Shown piece after piece: positions 53,861 through 64,000 of a DNA stretch of 64,000 nucleotides (position 1 is its first letter; every line of letters starts with the position of its first letter). The DNA is taken from NCBI RefSeq assembly GCF_009914755.1, contig NC_060939.1; one strand, 5' to 3'. The notes under the pieces were generated by a model. The model made no database searches. It was not told where the DNA came from and worked only from the letters and a program-made list of their open reading frames with translations. Position numbers and translations under genes: made by a program. The stretch is from the human T2T-CHM13v2.0 reference genome, Homo sapiens.

Positions 53861-54927
53861 TTAAAGGACTGTGAGATAAATAGAGCAGGCAGTTTTTGCT
53901 CAAAGCTTTTGTAACATTCAATGAGATAGGGCTGCTACATGCAGAGTTTCTCAGCCATCTTTCATCACCAAGACTAGTTAGTGTGCTATCTTTGTGCCAT
54001 TTTTTTTCTCAAAGGAATAATAGTATCAAGTAATCACTTCACAAGAGCTTCTAGTTTGTATACAGAATATTGAAACCGTGTTGAGAGCTTGGCTGTATTC
54101 ATTTACTAAGGGATCGGTGATTGAACATAGCATTCATGTCTGCTAAGTGTTGGGTACTGTCCTAGGTGCTGAAGAGGCAGTTATTAAATATGACCTCTCT
54201 GCACAGGTAATTCAAAACTGAATCTTAGCAAAATTTACAATTACTCCATGCCAGGGCCGCCTTTGGTGTTGGCTGAGAGTAGTTAAAAACGCAAAAATTA
54301 AGTGTAGAGTTGCAAATAATCCACCTATATATGGTTCCCCGAGGACCCCTGTAATTTCACTGTTCTGTGACTTTGCACATTCTGGCACTGCCTCCCTATC
54401 TGTATAGAAAATCCTGGTCAGTTTTAAACTCAACCAGCTCAACTCAATCAACTCCTAGGAAACCTGTCCTGAATTTCCTTGTCCACAGCAGGATTGAGTC
54501 ACACTTTGTGACCTGTTCCGTTTTAGCACTTATCACTCTCTATTGCAATTATTAGTTTGCATATCTGTATTCGCTGATAGAGTGTAAACATCATCAGAAC
54601 AAACACGTCTTAGTTTTTGTGTTTGGAGTGCCTAGAACAGGATCTTATATGTAATAACAGTCAATAAATAGATGTTTTAAAAATAAACGAACCAACGAAT
54701 CGGGATGCCCCCCCCTTTAATTCCATGATTGATTCCTAGAAGCCAGATACTATAATTTATACCTCTAAAACACTTATGTCATCTAGAACAGAGCAACTAT
54801 TTTATATTTACTACTTAAACTTCCACCCAAGTAGCATCTCACATACTTCCATCTGTTCAGAATTAAAAATATGATCGAAGATGAGATCTGGCATGTTCAC
54901 GGTGGTATGGCCATAGACATAAGTCGT

Positions 54928-56313
54928 AGTAACAAAAACAGCGTGGTACTGGTACCAAAACAGATACATAGACCAATGGAACAGAACAGAGGCCTCAGAA
55001 ATAACACCACAAATCTACAACCATCTGATCTTTGACAAAGCCTGACAAAAACAAGAAATGGGGGAAGGATTCCTTACTTAATAAATGGTGTTGGGAAAAC
55101 TGGCTAGCCATATGCAGAAAGCTGAAACTGGATCCCTTCCTTACACCTTATACAAAAATTAACTCAAGATGGATTAAAGACTTAAATGTTAGACCTAAAA
55201 CCATAAAACCCCTAGAAGAAAACCTAGGCAATACCATTCAGGACATAGGCATGGGCAAAGACTTCATGACTAAAACATCAAAAGCAATGGCAACAAAAGC
55301 CAAAATAGACAAATCAGATCTAATTAAACTAAGGAGCTTCTGCACAGCAAAAGAAACTATCATCAGAGTGAATAGGCAACATACAGAATGGGAGAAAAAT
55401 TTTGCAATCTATCCATCTGACAAAGGGCTAATATCCAGAATCTACAAAAAACTTAAATTTACAAGAAAAAAACAATCCTATCAAAAAGTGGGCGAAGGAC
55501 ATGAACAGACACTTCTCAAAAGAAGACATTTATGCAGCCAACAGACACATGAAAAAATGCTCATCATCACTGGTCATTAGACAAATGCAAATCAAAACCA
55601 CAATGAGATACCATCTCACGCCAGTTAAAATGGCAATCATTAAAAGCTCAGGAAACAATAGATGCTGGAGAGGATGTGGAGAAATAGGAATGCTTTTACA
55701 CTGTTCGTGGGAGTGTAAATTAGTTCAACCATTGTGGAACACAGTGTGGCGATTCCTCAAGGATCTAGAGCCAGAAATACCATTTGACCCAGCAATCCCA
55801 TTACTGGGTATATACTCAAAGGATTATAAATCATTTTACTATAAAGACACTAGCACACATATGTTTACTGTAGCACTATTTACAATAGCAAAGACTTGGA
55901 GCCAACCCAAATGCCCATCAATGGTAGACTGGATAAATAAAATGTGGCACTTATACACCATGGAATACTATGCAGCCATAAAAAAGGATGAGTTCATGTC
56001 CTTTGCAGGGACAGGGATGAAGCTGGAAACCATCATTCTCAGCAAACTAACACAGGAACAGAAAACCAAATATCATATGTTCTCAATCATACATGGGAGG
56101 TAAACAATGAGAACGCATGGACACAGAGAGGGGAACATCACACACCAGTCTGTTGGAGGTGGGGGGCTAGGGGAGGGACAGCATTAGAAGAAATACCTAA
56201 TGTAGATGACAGGTTGATGGGTGCAGCAAACCACCATGGCACATGTATACTTATGTAATGAACCTGCATGTTCTGCACGTGTACCCCAGAACTTAAAGTG
56301 TAATTAAAGAAAA
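54928..56313 (+). mobile_element. L1PA7-like, 5'-truncated (ORF2 C-terminal part, frameshifted, plus 3' UTR)
   Basis: ORFs 55032-55580 and 55501-56103 match ORF2p incl. the Cys-rich [19 protein letters not shown]; G-rich 3' UTR; acttaaagtgtaat end. Confidence 0.95.
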
Positions 56314-56729
56314 TTCTTTTAAACAATAAAAATTGTACAAACTTAAAAACCAAAAAAAAAGTAAAATGAAAAGTAAAAATATGACCTTGAGAAGGAGATT
56401 TTTGAGTATTCATTATTCCTTGAATAGGACTCAAGCGCTGGTATTTTCTAAATTGAAGAATCTGAGAAGAAACTTATTTTTCTCTAATCATAAAAATCTT
56501 TTTTGCAGCAGAGAAAAAAAAAATGGAGTCAACCCGTGAAATTCAGGCATCACATAAAGCTAGTTATGCCTGGAGAAGAGTAGTTCTGTGTTATTAAATA
56601 AGAATAGAAGAGAATTTTTTGAAAGAAAATTAAAAAGTAGGTTTCAGATATTATGCTTTATTTTTTGAGTCTGGATATTTGTGTGATATTAACATTAAAC
56701 ATCTTTTAAAATGTGATACTGAACATTGA

Positions 56730-56774
<45 letters not shown>
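56730..56774. repeat. (CA)n microsatellite
   Basis: Direct. Confidence 0.95.
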
Positions 56775-56777
<3 letters not shown>

Positions 56778-56902
56778 GATTCCTGAAAAGGTGCCAATTT
56801 GAGGACATGTGTCTGACTCACTTCCATTATCATCTTTGAAATGACAAATATAATATGAAAATGAGGAAAATCCTGTATAAAATTACACATTGAGAAAAGA
56901 GG

Positions 56903-57143
56903 ACATCAAAAACTCTGCAGACTTTTTGGTTGATAGCACTCGGGTGGGTGGCACGTAAGGAAGGCTGTTTCTCGGGTAAATTTTAAGTAAATTTCATTGC
57001 AGTATAACCATGCCCATTTGTTTGTTTATAGATTCTTTCTCTCTAAAACATCAGACGTGAGTAGTTTTGACAGAGATATCTTCTGAAAGACTTAAAATAC
57101 TTACTATCTTGGTCTTTATTTAAAATGTTTGGAGACCACTGAT
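56903..57143. mobile_element. MER58A-like hAT-Charlie MITE
   Basis: ccatgcccatttgtttgtttat...gagtagttttgacagaga...aaaatacttactatct...accactg. Confidence 0.65.
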
Positions 57144-58221
57144 CTATTCCTAAACTTCTCCATCTGGGAAGGAACAGCTCACCTAGGAAATAAGATGAAG
57201 ACATCCACTAGGGAAGGATGAGGGCTGGAGGTGAGGGCAGGCCGAAGGACAGGTAGGAATGTGACTCCCACCATTGCCCTTGCAAGCATAAAAACACCCA
57301 GTGGCTATCCCAAGGAGGTAAATCACAGCTGTGTGACCCTGATCCATCTTTCATGCTGTGGGCCTCACTAGGCAAAGAGACGGAGTAGTAGCTAGGTCAT
57401 ACATGTTTGCCATAAATAATCATTAATTTTTCAGCCTAGAGGCACAACGCCCTGATACAGACTCTGAATTTGGCATCCTCCCTACACCCCCAGGCTACTG
57501 CAAATCCACATTGGCAAAGGAAAAAAAAAGAGAAAAATAAACTTCTTTTGGCTAGAATATTTGAAATAGAACATGCACAGAATCTGAGAAGACTCATGTT
57601 GGACTCCAATGCTAGAAAAGCATAAAACTCCTTTGGAAAAGGCAAGCAGGGGGAGAAAAATCAGCAGAAACAGACATTTCTGCAGCTTACAAAATGAGAA
57701 ACACTGAGAAATCAGAGCCAGTACCTTCCTATGAAAATTACTTAAAGAAAAAAATCCAGCAACTTTCTAACTATGTTCTCAATGTATTTCAACAGGTAAT
57801 TGTGTTTATAAAACTAGAACAGGTAGTCATAAAGAGAGAAGGAAAAACTGCATTAAAGTGGAAATATCATTGCTAAATTAGAAACTGCAATCAAGGCAGT
57901 AAATGGTGTTATCACAGAAGGAAACCCCGGCATCCCAAAAGACAAAGACCCTGCTGACTTGCAGAAGGTTTAAGATGTTAGAAACCTCAAGGTATATGGA
58001 AACAGTGATGGGGGCCGACACATTCCATTTGACACTTGATACTCTATTTTTTTTTTTCATACCTTGCCTTATGAAGTACTTGCCAAACAGCACTCCAGAA
58101 GACCCAGAGTGATCTGAGTTCTTCCAACGTTTAGTATCAATACCTCTAATTATATTAACGCATATAAAATATGTAATAAGTGCCACATTTTAATGAATCC
58201 AATATATCATGGGTGGGAAGG

Positions 58222-58811
58222 TATATTAGCCCATTTTCACACTGCTGTGAAGAACTACCTGAGACTTTATAAAGAAAAGAGGTTTAATTGAGAACACATG
58301 GACACAGAGAGGGGCACGACACACACCAGGGCCTGTTGGGGGTTGGGGGTGAGGGGAGGGAACTTAGAGGACAGGTCAATAGGTGCAGCAAACCACCATG
58401 GCACACATGTACCTATGTAACAAACCTGCACGTTCTGCACATGCATCCCATTTTTTCAGAAGAAATAAAAAGAAAAGAGTTTTAACTTATAAAGAAAAGA
58501 AGTGTGATTGACTCACAGTTCTGCAGGCTTCACAGGAATCATGGCTGGAAGGCCTCAGGAAACTTACAATCATGGCGGAAGGGGAAGGAAGCACGTCTTA
58601 CCACGGTGGAGCAGGAGAGAGTGAGCAAGGGGGGAAGTGCCACACACTTTCAAACAACCAGATCTCATGAGAACTCACTCACCATCAGGAGAACAGCAAG
58701 GGGGAACTCTGCCCCCAGGGCTCAATCACTGCCCACCAGGCCCCTCCCCGACACGTGGGAATTACAACTCAAGATAAGATATGGGTGGGGACACAGAGCT
58801 AAGCCATATAA
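58222..58811 (-). mobile_element. MSTA/THE1-like MaLR solo LTR interrupted by an L1 3' end
   Basis: tatattagcccattttcacactgctg...ggcctcaggaaacttacaatcatggcggaagg...aagccatata; TSD gaagg / gaagc. Confidence 0.88.
58289..58470 (+). mobile_element. Short L1PA (PA10-like) 3' UTR insertion
   Basis: tgagaacacatggacacag...gggaacttagagg...aacctgcacgttctgcacatg; flanked by aagaaaagag(g/t)tttaa repeats. Confidence 0.88.
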
Positions 58812-58866
58812 GAAGCGAAGTGCATTATTAAAGGGACTCTGATTCTGGCCCAACTATATCCTAGTC

Positions 58867-59052
58867 GAGTGGTTCCTAAAGTAGGGTCTCCAGATTAGCA
58901 ACAGCAGCACCTGTGAAGCTGTTAGAAATGCAAATTACAGAGCCTTACCTCAGACCCTCTAAGTCAGAAACTCCGAAGAGGGGGGAACCCACATTTTGTT
59001 TGAAGAAGCTCTCCAGGTGATTCTGATGTACACTAAAGTTGGAAGACCACTG
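58867..59052. mobile_element. MER5A
   Basis: gtggttcctaaagt...gttagaaatgcaaatt...ctccaggtgattctgatg...gaccactg. Confidence 0.85.
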
Positions 59053-59062
59053 GAATCATCAT

Positions 59063-59064
<2 letters not shown>

Positions 59065-59096
<32 letters not shown>
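59065..59096. repeat. (CA)n microsatellite
   Basis: Direct. Confidence 0.95.
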
Positions 59097-59098
<2 letters not shown>

Positions 59099-59115
59099 CA
59101 CACAATAGATTAAGG

Positions 59116-59267
59116 CCGTGGTTCTTAATCTTGGCTGCATATTAACATGGCCTGGGAAGCATTAAGTATCTTTTATGCATTCTGGACCCCAGAATAATAA
59201 TTAAATCTGAATTGCTGCGAGTGAAATTCAGGTGATTCCAATGTGTAACCAAGTTTAAGAACTACTG
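59116..59267. mobile_element. MER5B-like MITE
   Basis: gtggttcttaatcttggctgcatatt...caggtgattccaatgtg...agaactactg. Confidence 0.75.
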
Positions 59268-59578
59268 TTTCATAAGACAAAAGGAAATCCAGAGTCTAAG
59301 TAATGGCTCCATGGTAAGAAATGGAAAAACTGAAGAACGTATTAATAGAAATGAGAAACAAATCCAAACAATAAACTGTCGTAAATTAGGACTTGGACTG
59401 CTGAAGAAATACAAAGAGATAGCTATACGCTTACCTTACCCAGGGAGCAAATGGAGAGGAAATTGGGCTGAGACAGGCTTTAAACGTCTGAACCGTATGT
59501 TGTGGTGCCCAGTGGAGCACACCTGAAAACGATGAAGAGAAGACGAAATGAACAACAGATCCAGGGCAGGTAATACAT

Positions 59579-59744
59579 CTGTGGTTTCCAAATTTTCCTG
59601 CATATTGGAATCAGCTGAGGAGCCTTAAACACTCCCAAAGCCTGTGCTCGTCTGATTTAATTAGACTGGGTGTGACCCTGGCTTATGAAGGTTTAAAAGA
59701 TTCCCCAGGTGAATCTAACGTGTAAACAAGCTTGGGAACCTCTA
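59579..59744. mobile_element. MER5B-like MITE
   Basis: gtggtttccaaa...tgcatattggaatca...ccccaggtgaatctaacgtg...gggaacctct. Confidence 0.75.
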
Positions 59745-60189
59745 CAATATACGTAGAATAACCATTTCAGAAGAATTCCAAGCAAACAGGAGAGGAGCAA
59801 AACTAAAAAAAAAATAGAAGAAAATGTTCCTGAGATGAAGGAAAATTTGTGCCTCAATGTAAAAAGAACTCACTGGTGTTTAGATAGACCCAGTTAAAAC
59901 AGATCAACTTTCAGACCCAGCCCTGTACATTGCTGAATTTTAAGGACAAAGAAAATATCACAGAAGAATACAGGAAGGAAAAGAAAATCAGGTTAATACA
60001 CAAACACACAAAGATAAAGGAGCGATGTCTAGACAGTGCTGACCATAAATAGTAATAAACAGTAACCTGAGCACAATCACCAAATACTCATGTGCAAAGA
60101 CAAGCAATGATACTAACTTCAGGTACTATCAGAATAAGAAGAGAATTAACAAGGGAAAATGAAAAATGAGAAGTTAAGAGTGGAGACGC

Positions 60190-60600
60190 TTTGTACTTTT
60201 GTTACTGGCATATTTCACTTAGCACACTGTCATCAAGGTTCATACACATTGTAGCATGTAACAGAATTTCCTTCCTATTTAAGGCTAAAGAAAATTTCAG
60301 TGGCGTATTTTATATATACCACTTATATGAGGTACCTAGAGTAGTCAAATTCATAGAAACAAAAAGTTGAATGGTGGCCGCCAGGGGCTGGGGCTGGGGC
60401 AGGGGAAATGGGGAGCTAGCGTTTCATGGGTAGAGAGGTTCCAGTTTTACAAGATGAATGCGATAGGGATGGTGGTGCTGGTTGCACGATAATGTGAATG
60501 TACCTAATGCCTCTGAAGTGTACATTTGAAAAAGGTTAAGATGGTGAACTTTATGTTATATGTATTTTACCAGGATTTTAAAAATAATTTATTAAAAAAA
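60190..60600 (+). mobile_element. L1MB-like 3' end with inverted 5' segment
   Basis: 60190-60318 antisense (tttcacttagca...caaggttcat...tgtagcatgt); 60319-60600 sense (ccacttatatgaggtacctagagtagtcaaattcatag). Confidence 0.82.
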
Positions 60601-60652
60601 TAGGTGAACTTTGATGCAAAAGATTCGGTGGTGAGTGATGCAACCACTAAAC

Positions 60653-60817
60653 CAATGGGTTCTCAAATGTGGCTGCACACTGGAAGCTTGTAAGAGTACC
60701 ATGGCCCTGTTACTACTCCCAGATATACTGATTTAATTGGTTAGAGTAGGCCCCCAAAAGTATTTTTAAGCAGTTCCCCAGGTGATTCTAATGTGTAGCT
60801 ATGGTTGAGAATTGCTG
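60653..60817. mobile_element. MER5B-like MITE
   Basis: gggttctcaaatgtggctgcacactgg...ccccaggtgattctaatgtg...gttgagaattgctg. Confidence 0.75.
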
Positions 60818-61463
60818 TACTAAAACACAGTTAATTAAATAATGATTACTAATAACAGTTATTGAAAAAATATGTCAAATGAAAATAATAACCCACCTGT
60901 AAACTTCCGTATTATATTTACTCTGTCCTTCCATGAAAAATAAGTCAGTGTATTATTGCACAGCCTGAACAGCTCTGCCTAGGGAGATTCTCAGAGCCCC
61001 AACATCCTCTGAGCAACAACCCGGGCGTGTGCATGCACACATCCCTCAGAAGTTAGGGTTGACCCCCAGGTGAGGTTCAGAGTCCATCTGAATTAGAGAT
61101 GCGGGGAAGCAGGGAAGTGCTGGGACTCAGGGGAGAGACTGGGAATCTCCTGATGCCATCTGTGCTTTCATTTGAATTAGCCTCAATGTGTGATGGGAAT
61201 AGTGCCCTTATATGTGCCAACCTTGTATAATGTCTCGACTCCACTACAGCATGCCTGAGAGGGGTAGGGGCAAAAGTCGATAAATAATAGATATTTCATC
61301 AGAGGGGCTCACTGATTTAATTAAGATATGTAAGAGAGAACAAGAAGAGTGATAACATATACATGCAATTCCTTTTCTTTCTGTTTTCAATTTTGAAAAT
61401 AGGGGGAAAAATATCTGTGGTGGTCAATTTACCTAGCACATGTAACCAGGCAAAAGTGTAAAC

Positions 61464-61688
61464 CAGGGTTTCTCAACCGTGGCACTACTGGAACATTGTG
61501 CCAGACAATTCCTTATTGTAGGGAGCTATCCTGAGTATTGCAGGGTGTTTAGCAGTATCCCTGCCCTCTACCCACGCGATGCAGCAGCACTTCCTCTCCT
61601 CAGTTGTGGCGACCAAAAACGTCTCAAGACATTGCCAAATGTCCCCTGTGGGGTGGAGGGCAAAATGGCCCCTAGTGGAGAACCACTG
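61464..61688. mobile_element. MER20, complete
   Basis: cagggtttctcaacc...gacattgccaaatgtcccctg...gagaaccactg; 8-bp TSD gtgtaaac / gggtaaac. Confidence 0.9.
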
Positions 61689-63010
61689 GGGTAAACTAAA
61701 TGTAAGTGTTTTCAAAGAAAAATCAGAGATTAATTTTCATCCGCTTAAGTTTGTATAAAATACGATGTATTTTTACATTTCATTCTTGACATTTTTAATT
61801 AGAGACAGAAATTAGTTCAAATACATTCTGGAACAATGTAAAGGTAAGTACTAATCGAAAGAAAACAGACTTTACATCATCACAACCACTTAAATTAAAA
61901 AAGGAGAAAAAAACCCAAAGTCCATCTGTCAAATGACATAAAGCATAAAAAGCAGAAAGTTAAAACAAGGTGACAGAAGACAAGCATAGCTAGAGAAAAT
62001 AAATGTGGATGGAATAAACTTCTGCTAGAAGATGAATAACTGCAAATTAGGATAAACTCACAAATTCTGCTGTTCATAAAAAAGGTACAATTAAAGGGCA
62101 ATAGAAAACATACTTGGCAAAAGCAGACCAATAGGAAAGAGGAGCAGTGCTATTCTCAAAGTTGAAGTTAAAGCTTACAGCTTGACAGAGCCAAAAGTTT
62201 ACTCTATAGTTCTATAATTAATAAAGTTAAAATAGGCTTGAACTCAGAAGACAGTAGAATAATAAGCTATTGTTATTTTCTTCTTTATACATTGATGTAA
62301 TTTCTAATTTAAGTTCCTTGAAGGCAGCAGCTGTATTTTATTTATCAATGTATTCCCAATGCCACTGTGCCTGCCAAGGAAATCACCCTCATTTATAAAT
62401 GTTGGATAAGTGAATGTGTTTACATGATCTATGGACCCTAGTAGAGTTAAATGATTCATTGCCAGGGTCTCCATTTCCTCCTCTATACAATGAGGAGTCT
62501 TTGCTCTCCCATCTCTATAATGATATTTTTATCCCCTACCCCTTTTTTTAAACACCAGTTGCCAACATTATGCCTCAAAATTAGCATTAAGCTTATAGGA
62601 CATGCGGACAGTAAGGATCTCCCACATTAAGCAGTTTATATTGAGAAACTAGTTATTAATTCAAAATGCTATAAGACCCATATTCAACAGAACGATAAGG
62701 TAACGTTGCTATGAGAACAGTCATGTCAGATGGGATTACATTTTGACAGCTCTTTTCAGCCTCATATCTTTCACAGAGAATATTGCCTTGAAATGGTAGT
62801 CAAAGCTATAAGCTCTTTGAGATTAGTGACACTGTGTTTTCCATTTTGGTATCCCCTTGCCTGGCTCATAGTAGGTGCTCAGTAAATGGGCATTGATGGT
62901 GAATTAAATAAAGACCCATCTTGTTAGTTCTTGGATGGGGCCCTTAAAATGTCATTCCTTTCTTCTACATTTCTCAACAGCTTTGAAGAGGGTGTTTAAA
63001 AAATATAACC

Positions 63011-63402
<392 letters not shown>

Positions 63403-64000
63403 CTAGGATTACTGCACAGAGGATACTATAGGAAATTAAATCAAGACTCACTTCCAGCAACAGACTGAGGTGTGCACCCATCTCTCCCCCACCTTTACTG
63501 TTCCCGCCCCTCCAAATTAAGTAAAGCAAAATAAAAAGTTTCAGTCTAACAAGGTCTTATTTAATGTTCCAGACTGCCTCAAAGCCATATTGATCAAGTT
63601 TCAATTTGAAGCTGGAGCCTGCAGCAACAAGTGAGATCAATAAGAGGCCTTTATTTGAATATCTCATCTGCTAAAAAAAAAAAAAAAAAAAAAAGCAAAG
63701 CAAAACAAAAAAAAGATTCTAACGCTATAAAAACACTAGGCTGACGAGAAAGCCAGATTTTTTCCAAAAAAATAAACTACTCTAAAAAAGATACAACCAA
63801 ATATTTATGCTTGTGATAGACTTAAACATTTTTTAAAGGAGAAGAAAATATATTTTTAGGTACAAAAAAAGAAAATCACTAAGACTTGCCTAAAGCCCTT
63901 ACTAATTTAGTTGCAAGGTTTACTTCTGTGTTTCTATGTTTTTTGTTTTTTCTTCATGTAACTGTAAAACTACTTTGTGTGGATGCTGAATGTAACTTTT

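Noticed and set aside
55032-56103. 182- and 200-aa ORFs as a host gene
   Set aside because: They are frameshifted L1 ORF2 remnants in a 5'-truncated L1PA.
61027-61040. 14-bp palindrome GTGTGCATGCACAC
   Set aside because: Low-complexity alternating purine/pyrimidine sequence with no supporting context.

Overview
This is primate, most likely human, non-coding DNA: deep intron or intergenic. The evidence is Alu J/S/Y elements, L1PA elements and an L1HS-like fragment. I can support no protein-coding exon, tRNA/rRNA, CpG-island promoter or CRISPR array, and I cannot name the locus. The window is a mosaic of transposon fossils: a near full-length Tigger1 carrying two Alus and an MLT2A LTR, Tigger2/3 MITEs, MER5/MER20/MER53/MER58, MaLR LTRs, L1s of many ages, and many L2/MIR pieces. 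A few unique, CpG-retaining islands look like enhancers. I found no new multi-gene system. The most unusual observations are structural: (1) a very young, tail-less internal L1 ORF2 fragment between 7-bp direct repeats (41421-41876); (2) a Tigger2a whose right end is inverted in place (29530-29673); (3) two 5'-inverted L1s; (4) an AluYd-lineage copy; (5) two close inverted Alu pairs. Subfamily names come from recalled consensus sequences and need Dfam/RepeatMasker confirmation. Boundaries of old repeats are approximate.
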